This document shows, one piece after another, positions 8,471 through 17,309 of a stretch of 27,577 nucleotides of DNA. Source of the DNA: a bacterium. GTDB taxonomy: Bacteria; Cyanobacteriota; Vampirovibrionia; Gastranaerophilales; Gastranaerophilaceae. Made by a program: the position numbers and the translations under genes. The first letter of the stretch is position 1. Every line of letters starts with the position of its first letter. The notes beneath the pieces are model-generated. The model saw nothing but the letters and a program-made list of their open reading frames with translations. It was not told where the DNA came from and made no database searches. The stretch lies in assembly GCA_963617295.1 (NCBI GenBank), contig CAVEOW010000001.1, forward strand, positions 1 through 27,577. Reading direction: 5' to 3'.

Positions 8471-9085
8471 ACAAGATAAACAAATACTTAACGGACTGAA
8501 AAAATTATAAACAGCATAGACGGAAAGTTAAATAAATCTGATATATGTTTGTTAAACGGTATTTATACAATATTAAATACATTCCCGCAACACCTGGGTA
8601 GACCCGGACAAGTGGGCGGAAGTTTGCCCAGAAACTTAATTGATTGGAGTAACAAATCTAATTTATTAAAAGATAGTAATGCAGTAAACCAATACATTAA
8701 AAACTTACATAAAGCAAATATAGGAAGTTTTAAGACGTTAGACCCTAATTGGGAAATTGATATACAAGTTAATCCAGCAAGTAAAGTTTCTCATATCACT
8801 TATGCTAAAGGTTGGCAAAAGATGTCGGATGCTGAAAAGCAGAGGCATAATAAATATGCAAAAGAATTTAAATATTTAATTGAACATGCAAAATATTTAT
8901 ATGCATCTCAAAATAAAACACCAAACAACCCTAAAAAAAAGAATGTTGCTAAATACCATTATTTCGAAGTATTGGTTAAAACAAAAAAGAAAGTCTACAA
9001 GATTATACTTGATACTGAGGAATATATAGAAGATATTAAGACAAAACCTCAGAAAGTACATTTATATAACATTCATGAGCAATAA
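8463..9085 (+). CDS. LPD3/BECR-fold-like putative ribonuclease with phage leader; leader (ATG 8463) out of frame at A6 run 8499-8504, TTG-started ORF 8549-9085
   Basis: LIEHAKYL...N...KKNVAKYHYFEVLV...YKIIL..EE...HLYNI resembles LPD3; QHLGRPGQVGGSLP motif near N-terminus. Confidence 0.6.
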
Positions 9086-9152
9086 AAAAGATGTTCCACG
9101 GTTAAGCACCATTTAAGGGCATTTAAAATATACCATCAAGGGAACATCCTTT
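9084..9152 (-). ncRNA. Putative small structured RNA convergent with the LPD3-like gene
   Basis: Minus-strand promoter upstream; 8-bp closing stem gatgttcc (9090-9097)/ggaacatc (9141-9148) followed on the minus strand by U6. Confidence 0.5.
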
Positions 9153-9158
9153 AATATC

Positions 9159-9186
9159 ATTATACCCGATTATCAGAATTTTTAAA
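9159..9186 (-). promoter_or_regulatory. Putative antisense sigma70 promoter
   Basis: Minus strand TTTAAA-N16-TATAAT (plus strand attata 9159-9164, tttaaa 9181-9186). Confidence 0.55.
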
Positions 9187-9203
9187 CCCCATTATTAAGC
9201 ACT

Positions 9204-9770
9204 ATGAATAAAAGTATTGAAAAAATATTAGTAGATATAATAACTCATGAACTCGATTTGCCGCCATTTTACGGTAAAAATGAGCGTGGCGATATAATTC
9301 CTTGTGTTGTTATATATTCACAAAATATCAAATTATTTAATACCGATAAAATGCAGATAACGGTAAAGGCTACTAATTTTAAAACATATTCAAATCGCAA
9401 TGAATATAAAGAAGAAAACGGAATTTTTAAAGAAATACAAGATTTAAACCAATCTTGTATGATACAAATTGATTGTTATTCTCGGAATAATGAGGCTCGA
9501 AACAGGCACCCCGAAATAATAATGGCGATGAACTCAGTATATGCACAAGAACAAATGGATTTGTATAATTTCAAACTGGGATTAATCGGCAATACTGTTA
9601 ATATATCAGGCGTTGACGGCGGAAGTGATATCAACAGATATTCTATTACATATAACGCTATAATTCATCATCATAAAGAGAAAGAAATTACTTACTACGA
9701 TAAATTTAAAATCCAAACCTATAATGAACAAGGTTTGATTAATGAAATTGACAATTACAATAATATCTAA
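9204..9770 (+). CDS. Tail terminator/neck protein
   Basis: 188 aa immediately before sheath; IQIDCYSRN motif. Confidence 0.65.
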   Translation: MNKSIEKILVDIITHELDLPPFYGKNERGDIIPCVVIYSQNIKLFNTDKMQITVKATNFKTYSNRNEYKEENGIFKEIQDLNQSCMIQIDCYSRNNEARNRHPEIIMAMNSVYAQEQMDLYNFKLGLIGNTVNISGVDGGSDINRYSITYNAIIHHHKEKEITYYDKFKIQTYNEQGLINEIDNYNNI

Positions 9771-9788
9771 TAAAAAGGAGATTTAAAA

Positions 9789-11273
9789 ATGGTAACAGCG
9801 TATTCTTACGAGGTGCCGGTATCCTATACGATTAATGTTACTTTGGCTGCAACTCCTACAGGGATAGCAGAATACAACACTAATAATATAGCGATATTTT
9901 CAAACGAACCCGCATCTTTTTCAGAATCATTTAAAGCTTATTTAGGACCAAGCGAAGTTGAAGCGGATTTTGGGACTTCTTCATTGACTTATAAAATGGC
10001 TAATGAATTATATAATCCAATCCCAAATTTTGTCAGTGGGGGCGGAAACTTGTATGTATTCCCGTTTAAAGGAACAAATGCAACTGCTGCAACTTTAACA
10101 ACGGGTAGTATTTCTTCTAACCTTACGTCTTTAAAGGCAGTCAATGACGGAAGTTTAAATATTTCAATAGACGGAACTTCCCACGAACTTTCTGGTATTA
10201 ATTTTTCTACAATTTCCACCATTACGGACGTTGCAATTATTCTTAATAACCTAAATTTGGACGTCAATATTGAAGCGGTGGATGATACAATATTATTTAC
10301 TTCTCGTCATCCGGGGTTAACATCCGGGGTACAGATAAGTACAATTTCTGACGAGGGCAGAATTGATTTATCTGCAGCAAATTATTTGAATGTTGCAGCA
10401 GGAAGTACAACAAACGGGCAAGATGCAGCCGGAGAAACTTTAGCGGATGCAGTAGAAAAAGCCTTAAAACAGGTTTATTTTGGCGGAGTTCTAACTACAC
10501 AAACTACCGATTCTGATACAAGAAAAGAAAACGCAACCGCCATACAATCTTTAGATTGCATTTATTACGATAATTTACAATCGTTATCGGATATTTTTAA
10601 AGTAGGTAAAAACATTAAGGAAGCAGGTAACAGCAAAACAAGAACACTTGCTTATTCCGTAAGCGAGGAGATAGGGAAAACAGCCGCTGCAGGATATGCA
10701 TCCATTGCAAAATCTGTTAACTATTCCGGAACAGATACTGCCAATACATTAAATTTAAAAACCATAACAGGTATTACGGGCGATACTAATTTAAACTCTA
10801 CTTATGTTCTTGGTGCAAGTGCTAACGGAGTAGATATATATGCAATTACAGGCGGGTTATCCGTTATTTATTCTAATGATAATAACGGATATACAGATGA
10901 CGTTGAAGCTAATTTATGGCATAAAAAAGCAACTGAGGTCGCAGGCTTTAATTATTTAAGACAAACAACAACTAAAATTCCTCAAACGGAGTCGGGTATG
11001 GCAGGATTAAAAAATGCCTATGCAGGAGTCTGCGAACAAGGAAGAAGAAACGGGACAATTGCCCCCGGAACTTGGAAAGGCTCTATACCGTTTGGTGATC
11101 CTGAAACTTTTAAGCGTAATATCGAAGAAACTGGCTATTACATATATTCATCTCCAGTAGCACTCCAAAACCAAACTGAAAGAGAAGCACGTAAAGCACC
11201 TGTTATTCAGATTGCTATAAAGAGATCGGGTGCTTTCCATTTTTCAGAAGTTATCATAAATGTACAGAGATAG
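9789..11273 (+). CDS. Contractile tail sheath (DUF3383 family)
   Basis: 494 aa; VEADFGTSS, TLNLKTITG, KIPQTESG, NGTIAPGTW, GYYIY, REARKAP, GAFH motifs. Confidence 0.9.
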   Translation: MVTAYSYEVPVSYTINVTLAATPTGIAEYNTNNIAIFSNEPASFSESFKAYLGPSEVEADFGTSSLTYKMANELYNPIPNFVSGGGNLYVFPFKGTNATAATLTTGSISSNLTSLKAVNDGSLNISIDGTSHELSGINFSTISTITDVAIILNNLNLDVNIEAVDDTILFTSRHPGLTSGVQISTISDEGRIDLSAANYLNVAAGSTTNGQDAAGETLADAVEKALKQVYFGGVLTTQTTDSDTRKENATAIQSLDCIYYDNLQSLSDIFKVGKNIKEAGNSKTRTLAYSVSEEIGKTAAAGYASIAKSVNYSGTDTANTLNLKTITGITGDTNLNSTYVLGASANGVDIYAITGGLSVIYSNDNNGYTDDVEANLWHKKATEVAGFNYLRQTTTKIPQTESGMAGLKNAYAGVCEQGRRNGTIAPGTWKGSIPFGDPETFKRNIEETGYYIYSSPVALQNQTEREARKAPVIQIAIKRSGAFHFSEVIINVQR

Positions 11274-11281
11274 GAGGAATA

Positions 11282-11737
11282 ATGGCAACGTATGCATTAA
11301 CAGGGAATGATACTTTAATTATAAATAACCGTGTGTATAAAGATTTTGCGGACGGCAGCACTATTACAATAGATTTCCCAAATGAAAGAACAGGAAAAAC
11401 TACAGGCAAAAACGGAAATACAATATTTTCTACAAATAAACAAGGTGAAAATGCAACTGTAGAATTAAGGCTTATTGCTGCAAGCTCTGATGATATTTAT
11501 ACTAACGGACTTTCAGTACAACAAGAAAGAGATTTGCCTACATTTACCCTGCTTACGGGAAGGTTCTCTAAACGGGTAGGGGACGGACAAGGTAACGTTA
11601 AATTTGTTAATTATATTCTTGCAGGGGGAGTATTTGACAATAATGTAAACACAAGCGAAAACTTGCAAGGTGAAACAGAGCAGGGAATTGCAAATTACAG
11701 ATTATTCTTTGCCCAAGCACAAAGGGCAATAGGCTAA
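11282..11737 (+). CDS. Tail tube protein
   Basis: 151 aa after sheath; DFADG..ITI, GKNGNTIF, VELRL. Confidence 0.8.
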   Translation: MATYALTGNDTLIINNRVYKDFADGSTITIDFPNERTGKTTGKNGNTIFSTNKQGENATVELRLIAASSDDIYTNGLSVQQERDLPTFTLLTGRFSKRVGDGQGNVKFVNYILAGGVFDNNVNTSENLQGETEQGIANYRLFFAQAQRAIG

Positions 11738-11752
11738 TTATTTGGAGGTTAT

Positions 11753-12181
11753 ATGGAATTTACAACTCAAAACGGAAAAAAAGAGTGCATAATTACAACT
11801 GCATCTTTTAAGGATGCAGTTGATTTAAAAAAAGCAACAATGAAATGTTTACTTAATACAAATGTATTGAAAGACATTGATTTAGATAACTTAAAAGGCT
11901 CGGACACAACTAAAATATTAGATGTTGTAGGACAGCTCATATTAAATATGGATGTTTCCGAGGACTTTGAGAAAGCAATATTCAAATGCCTTGCAAACTG
12001 TACCTATGACGGATTTCATAAAATTACAATGCAACTGTTCGATGACAAACCCGAAATAAGAGAGGATTACTACGAAATTGTTTCTAAGTGTTGCGAGGTT
12101 AATCTCCGCCCTTTTTTCAGGAGTCTTGTTTCAGAGTTGAAACAAAGATTCCAAACAATGACAGAAAATGTCCAAGAGTAA
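11753..12181 (+). CDS. Tail assembly chaperone (G-like)
   Basis: Between tube and tape measure; NLRPFF encodes slippery cct ttt ttc. Confidence 0.8.
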   Translation: MEFTTQNGKKECIITTASFKDAVDLKKATMKCLLNTNVLKDIDLDNLKGSDTTKILDVVGQLILNMDVSEDFEKAIFKCLANCTYDGFHKITMQLFDDKPEIREDYYEIVSKCCEVNLRPFFRSLVSELKQRFQTMTENVQE

Positions 12182-12366
12182 CGATTACCGCTGATAATGA
12201 TACATTAATTGTCTGTACTCTTGCTAAAGCAAAATATTATAACGGTAACCCCGATTTGATATGGGACAGCCCCATTGACAGAGTATTAACAATGTATGAC
12301 TTTGAAATGTTTTCAAATGATTACGAGAGTGTTTATATTGAATTAAATAATAAAATGGAAAAATAA
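12109..12366 (+). CDS. -1 frameshift extension of the tail assembly chaperone (GT-like)
   Basis: -1 frame is open from slippery site CCCTTTTTTC (12109-12118) to TAA 12364-12366, abutting the tape measure ATG; reads ...RVTITADNDTLIVCTLAKAKYYNGNPDLIWDSPIDRV... Confidence 0.75.
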   Translation, partial: PFFQESCFRVETKIPNNDRKCPRVTITADNDTLIVCTLAKAKYYNGNPDLIWDSPIDRVLTMYDFEMFSNDYESVYIELNNKMEK

Positions 12367-13779
12367 ATGGCGAGTTTAGGTGAATTATTTATTGAATTAG
12401 GTGTACTCGGAGATGATGAGGGTGCTAAAAAAATGGCGAAATCGATGGATGAAGTTATCAAAAAAGCCACTAAAGCAGCTAAAGAACTCAAAAAACAGGA
12501 TGACAGCACAAAAGACTTAAATAAATCCAGTAGGGAAATATCTAAAAAAATAGCAGAAACAGTTACTAAAATCGGCGGACTTATTACTGCTGTCAGCGGT
12601 GCAGTAATTATCCTAAACAAACTGACAGACGGCTTAGTTAAACAAAATCAATATTGGGTTAATCTTATCAGAAATTCTGATATTGCTCTTAATTCGTTTC
12701 AAAAATGGGGACAAGTCGGAGCTGCAATCGACTCTTCTCTCGGAGAACAAGGTGCAGCAGGGGCGATAGATGAGTTAAATAAAAAGTTGTTTGAGATGAA
12801 ACTAACAGGCAACGGTTACGGCGGTTTTTCACTTGCAGGAATAATGCCTACAAATGCAGAGGACGTGTTAGAACAATTAAGAGAAAGAATAAAAGGTTTA
12901 AACAATACGTCCGCAACTTATTTGTTGGAACAAATGGGCATTGACTCAAGAATGTTACCCTTATTAAGGATGACAAGAGAGGAATTCGAAGCCTTAAATA
13001 AAGAAATGGAAAAGTACAGGCTTACGCCTGACCAATTACAGACAATACAAGCATTCCATAAACAAATGAGTATTGTAAATGTAAAAATGCAATATTTTAA
13101 AGACAGAATTATTTTAAAAATTATGCCGCATTTTCTTCGATTTATGCAAAATGTTGAGTTTATTACCGAGAAATTATTTAACTTTGCTAAATCTGTTAAT
13201 AAATTGACAGGCGATTTTAAGCCTTTGATATTAATTATCTTAGCATTTGTTGCAAAGATTAAACCTATCGCAAAATTATTAAGCGGTTTAAATGTCGCAT
13301 TTGGCGGTCTAATTACTAAAATCCCTGTTTTAGGCAGATTATTTGTAGGGTTAGGGGGTATTATCGGCAGGGCATTTTTACCGTTAACGATACTTTACTT
13401 TTTAATAGATGATATTAGGGCATTTTTACAAGGCGGCAGAAGCGGTATCGGGTACTTAGTCAGTGCGTTTGAGGCTCTGAAAGATAAAATGCACTTTAAA
13501 ACTCCCGAATGGATGGAAAACTTAATGTATATCATTAGTAACTTTTCCGATAAAGCCGTCCGTGTGCAACAACTTAAAGGCGAAGATACACCCCCTATTA
13601 GAACCCCGGAAATAGATTTATTGTCCTCTATGGGAAATAATCTCGACAGAAATATAATAAATGACAATAAAAACCAATCAAAACAATTTAACCAGTACAA
13701 TACAATTAATACAAGTCAACCGATATCACAAGCAATAATGAATGAATTACCATTTATGAATGCTTATTTTTCTTCTTAA
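12367..13779 (+). CDS. Tape measure protein (short, 470 aa)
   Basis: MASLGELFIELG start, helical/coiled-coil, hydrophobic segment, YFLIDDIRAFLQGGRSGIG. Confidence 0.85.
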   Translation: MASLGELFIELGVLGDDEGAKKMAKSMDEVIKKATKAAKELKKQDDSTKDLNKSSREISKKIAETVTKIGGLITAVSGAVIILNKLTDGLVKQNQYWVNLIRNSDIALNSFQKWGQVGAAIDSSLGEQGAAGAIDELNKKLFEMKLTGNGYGGFSLAGIMPTNAEDVLEQLRERIKGLNNTSATYLLEQMGIDSRMLPLLRMTREEFEALNKEMEKYRLTPDQLQTIQAFHKQMSIVNVKMQYFKDRIILKIMPHFLRFMQNVEFITEKLFNFAKSVNKLTGDFKPLILIILAFVAKIKPIAKLLSGLNVAFGGLITKIPVLGRLFVGLGGIIGRAFLPLTILYFLIDDIRAFLQGGRSGIGYLVSAFEALKDKMHFKTPEWMENLMYIISNFSDKAVRVQQLKGEDTPPIRTPEIDLLSSMGNNLDRNIINDNKNQSKQFNQYNTINTSQPISQAIMNELPFMNAYFSS

Positions 13780-14623
13780 TATTATGAATATTTCAAACAT
13801 AAAAGACAAAATAAAAAGCAAAAGCAAAACATATTACGGGAGTATTGTAAAGACTGCTCAAGACGATTCTATCAGCAATGAAACAGCATTCTACTTTGAT
13901 GTAATTACGGAACACTCAATAACTGTTTCAAATAACATTACAGACAATTATCTTGAGAATAACACCGCTATCCATGACGCAATTGCTCATGCCCCGATTA
14001 CCATAACATTAAACGGTATGGTTTCAGAGTTGGTTTATGTTCCAAGCACAAATAATCCGAAATTTTTAAGCCGTGCCTATGACTTTATTAATAATAAAAA
14101 CGGACAAGCCCGAGATTATGCCGTTACGAATAAATTAAGCTCAATCGGGCAATTATACCCGCCGGTTGATAATCTTACTCAATTAGCTAAGAATGCCGTT
14201 GTATATGTAGAAGATACAATTGACAGATATTACAAAATCTATAAAAATCTGACAAAAAATATTAATGACAGAACAAGGCTTGAAGATGTATTTTCTAAAT
14301 TAATGGTTTTAAGAGAGGGAAATAAAGAAATGATTGTAACAACCCCCTTTAAAACCTATCAAAACATGTATATCCAGAATATACAATTTACGCAAGGCAA
14401 TGAAAACCACATCGGAAGTATAAGTTTGACACTCAAGCAATTAAATTTTACCGATATTAAATATACGGAAGCCGATAAAGATGTACTATCTAAATATAAT
14501 TCTTATGCCCAAGCAGAAACGGAGAATAACGGAAAGGCAGACGGCACAATACCGGATGATAGTGAAATCGGTAAATTGATTTATAAATGGACAGGTAAAG
14601 AACCTTACAGGCTGAATAAATGA
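13760..14623 (+). CDS. Baseplate/tube initiator (Dit-like) protein; alternative start 13784
   Basis: FDVITEH...ITDNYLE..TAIHDAI..P..ITL.G, VTT..KTY.NM.I motifs after tape measure. Confidence 0.7.
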   Translation: MLIFLLNIMNISNIKDKIKSKSKTYYGSIVKTAQDDSISNETAFYFDVITEHSITVSNNITDNYLENNTAIHDAIAHAPITITLNGMVSELVYVPSTNNPKFLSRAYDFINNKNGQARDYAVTNKLSSIGQLYPPVDNLTQLAKNAVVYVEDTIDRYYKIYKNLTKNINDRTRLEDVFSKLMVLREGNKEMIVTTPFKTYQNMYIQNIQFTQGNENHIGSISLTLKQLNFTDIKYTEADKDVLSKYNSYAQAETENNGKADGTIPDDSEIGKLIYKWTGKEPYRLNK

Positions 14624-14964
14624 AACAAATTACAACACTGACAGCAGCACCAAAACAACAACATACTTTAATACTAGAAAGTAACGATTCCGTTGATTTT
14701 CACCTTGAATACTGCGGAAGAATGCAAAGTTGGTATTTTAACATAGCTTACAAAGATATTGAACAGAAATGCATTAAAGTTGTATTGACACCAAATGCAT
14801 TAAGACATTTACGCAAAATTATCCCTTTTGGTATTGCTTTTATTTCAGAGGGAAATGTAGAACCGTTTCGAATTGATGATTTCGCTACAGGGAAAGTACA
14901 AATGTATGTATTAAATAACGATGATGTAGTGACGATTGAATCTGAAGTTTATAACTTAGAATGA
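14620..14964 (+). CDS. Small baseplate (plug-like) protein
   Basis: 114 aa, PKQQ.TL.L...W.FNI; position between Dit-like and hub. Confidence 0.65.
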   Translation: MKQITTLTAAPKQQHTLILESNDSVDFHLEYCGRMQSWYFNIAYKDIEQKCIKVVLTPNALRHLRKIIPFGIAFISEGNVEPFRIDDFATGKVQMYVLNNDDVVTIESEVYNLE

Positions 14965-16337
14965 TAAAAAAAGATCCTATATATAAAATTACTGTTTATA
15001 CACAAGATAAAACAATCACCATAACTTCTCCTATTACTTGTCAAATGCAAATAAGCAGAAGTGTTCATACTACCGCTTGTAATGCAACCGTTCAATTATA
15101 TAATCTTGCCGCATCGACGAGAGAATATATATTCCAAGATGTTTTTACATTTGATAAAACAAAATGGAAGTATTTACAGGTAGAAGCAGGATACAATGGC
15201 TTAATGAGTCAGCTATTTATGGGAAGAATTTTACAGGCATATTCTCATAAACAAGGCGGAGCAACAGATATAATTACGGAAATACAAGCTCAAGCTCTTG
15301 ATTTATTGGATTGTGATACTTCTCATACTTTTGAAGCAGGTACAGATTATAAAGAAATATATAATACAATAGCAAAAGATTTACCGAATTGCATAATCGG
15401 TAATACGGGAGCATTAGAGGGAGCAATAAGATCAGCAACTACATTTGACGGAAATGCCTTTGATGAACTGAATAAATTATCGGGCGGAAATACATTTATT
15501 GACAATGGGGTAATTAATACCATTATGAATAATGAATGTATAGACGTGCCTGTTCCCGTAATATCAGACGATGCAGGATTGCTTGAAACTCCGATGAGAA
15601 GAGATGCAAGTTTATTTATCAAAAGTATATTTATACCGGAGTTGATAATCGGACAATTATTGGAAATAAAATCGGGATTATTTACTAATTTTAACGGACA
15701 ATATAAAGTTATGGGTTTTACTCACAGCTGTTTATTTTCTCCTACTCGGGCAGGTAGTAGAATTACAGAAGTAGAATTATGGATCGGGCCATTATTACCG
15801 GGGTCGGTTATAACAACAACTGATAATAAGGTTGAAAATAACTTTAATAAAGTAAAAAATGATAAAATTTCACCTGTTGAAACTTCCGTTCCGGGGAACG
15901 TCAGGGAACTTTATAAGATAATTAAACAAAATAACGGAATTGTTCCAAATGTAATGATGACCAAAAATATAAATTGGAGAGACCTGTTAGTTAATAATAA
16001 CAGCCCGTCTGATGTTATGAAAGATTTAACGCTGGAAATAATGGCAAACGTTTATCAAATCGGGGTATATTTCCAATCTGTTTTGGATAAGTACTTTGCA
16101 GGTCATACTGTTAAATTTAACTCGGGGTTTAGAACCGTACAAAATAATAAACAATGTAAAGGGGCTGCAAACTCAAAGCATTTAAAGGGGTTAGCAATTG
16201 ACTTTAATATTAATGGAGTTCCTTTAATTAAACAAGTAAACATTTTTAGGAACGTATGGAATGGTAAAATAATACCATATAATACATTTATACATGTTCA
16301 ACTCGGGAATAGCCAAGGAAGAACCAACGACAAGTAA
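14961..16337 (+). CDS. Baseplate hub protein fused to C-terminal peptidase M15-like domain
   Basis: VQLYNL, VEAGY...LFMG.I, GLLETP, NGQYKV hub motifs; C-terminal NSGFR...N...GAANSKHLKGLAIDF...FIHVQ zinc peptidase motif. Confidence 0.8.
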   Translation: MIKKDPIYKITVYTQDKTITITSPITCQMQISRSVHTTACNATVQLYNLAASTREYIFQDVFTFDKTKWKYLQVEAGYNGLMSQLFMGRILQAYSHKQGGATDIITEIQAQALDLLDCDTSHTFEAGTDYKEIYNTIAKDLPNCIIGNTGALEGAIRSATTFDGNAFDELNKLSGGNTFIDNGVINTIMNNECIDVPVPVISDDAGLLETPMRRDASLFIKSIFIPELIIGQLLEIKSGLFTNFNGQYKVMGFTHSCLFSPTRAGSRITEVELWIGPLLPGSVITTTDNKVENNFNKVKNDKISPVETSVPGNVRELYKIIKQNNGIVPNVMMTKNINWRDLLVNNNSPSDVMKDLTLEIMANVYQIGVYFQSVLDKYFAGHTVKFNSGFRTVQNNKQCKGAANSKHLKGLAIDFNINGVPLIKQVNIFRNVWNGKIIPYNTFIHVQLGNSQGRTNDK

Positions 16338-16339
16338 AC

Positions 16340-16939
16340 ATGAATATTCAAAATAAATTTAATCAATTATCGGGCAAAGCCGATTTAACAACAATTCTTG
16401 AAAGTGTTATAAACAAAGTCGGCTTGGAATTAAATTGTATCAGAGTCGGTATAATCCAATCTTTCAATGATAAAGATTTAACAGCTGAAGTATTAATAAG
16501 TAATAAAAAAAATCTCGGAATAAATAAAGACGGTACGCAAAAATCACGCAATTATGCACTTATAACCGCTAAGATATGTTACTGCTGCCCATTTATTACA
16601 TACCCGATACAAAAAGGAGAAGAATGTGTTCTGTTATTTAATGATAGGGAGTTAGAGAGTTGGTTTATATCAGGGGAAGTTTTGCCCGAAGCCTATACAA
16701 GAATGCACGATTTTACCGATTGTATTGCAATTGTAGGAATGAGGTCGCTTGCAAAGATGATACAAATTTCTCCCGATTTACTTCATATTTTCTATAAAGA
16801 AAACAGCATTAAAATATCAAAAACTGACATACAAGCTGATAATTTTAAAGCTACAAACGGATCAACCGGAAGTATTATTGACAGTTACGGAAAAACTCTT
16901 GCAACTGTTAAAAGTGGGATTATTACAGAGATATTTTAA
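16340..16939 (+). CDS. Central spike protein (Gp138 N-terminal-like)
   Basis: PIQKGEECVLLFNDRELESW, RMHDFTDCIAIVG. Confidence 0.8.
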   Translation: MNIQNKFNQLSGKADLTTILESVINKVGLELNCIRVGIIQSFNDKDLTAEVLISNKKNLGINKDGTQKSRNYALITAKICYCCPFITYPIQKGEECVLLFNDRELESWFISGEVLPEAYTRMHDFTDCIAIVGMRSLAKMIQISPDLLHIFYKENSIKISKTDIQADNFKATNGSTGSIIDSYGKTLATVKSGIITEIF

Positions 16940-16946
16940 ACTTAAA

Positions 16947-17309
16947 ATGAGAGTACGAATAACAGACAATAACGGCGATTGGACTTTTGGACAAAGCCAA
17001 TTAAATTATGCAACAAAACAAAAAGCTATTGAATATGACATTCAACAAAAAATAAGAGAATGGTTTCAAGATTGTTTTTTTGCTCTTCAAAACGGTATCC
17101 CTTGGAGTATAAGGCTCGGAAACCACAATCAAAAAGAATTACTGGATAATGACTTAATTGAAATTATTCAAGATGTTGAAGGAGTGCTTGATATTCTGAA
17201 TTTTGAGAGCTTGGTTAATGAACGCAGATATAGAGCTCAAATTTCTATTTACACCATTTACTCAACTACTCCTTTGGATTTAACAATTGACAGTAAAGGA
17301 ATAATTTAA
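16947..17309 (+). CDS. Baseplate wedge/sheath initiator (gp25-like)
   Basis: MRVRITDNNGDWTFG..., EWFQDCF...GIPW, IQDVEGV; ATG 16947 follows the spike stop. Confidence 0.75.
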   Translation: MRVRITDNNGDWTFGQSQLNYATKQKAIEYDIQQKIREWFQDCFFALQNGIPWSIRLGNHNQKELLDNDLIEIIQDVEGVLDILNFESLVNERRYRAQISIYTIYSTTPLDLTIDSKGII

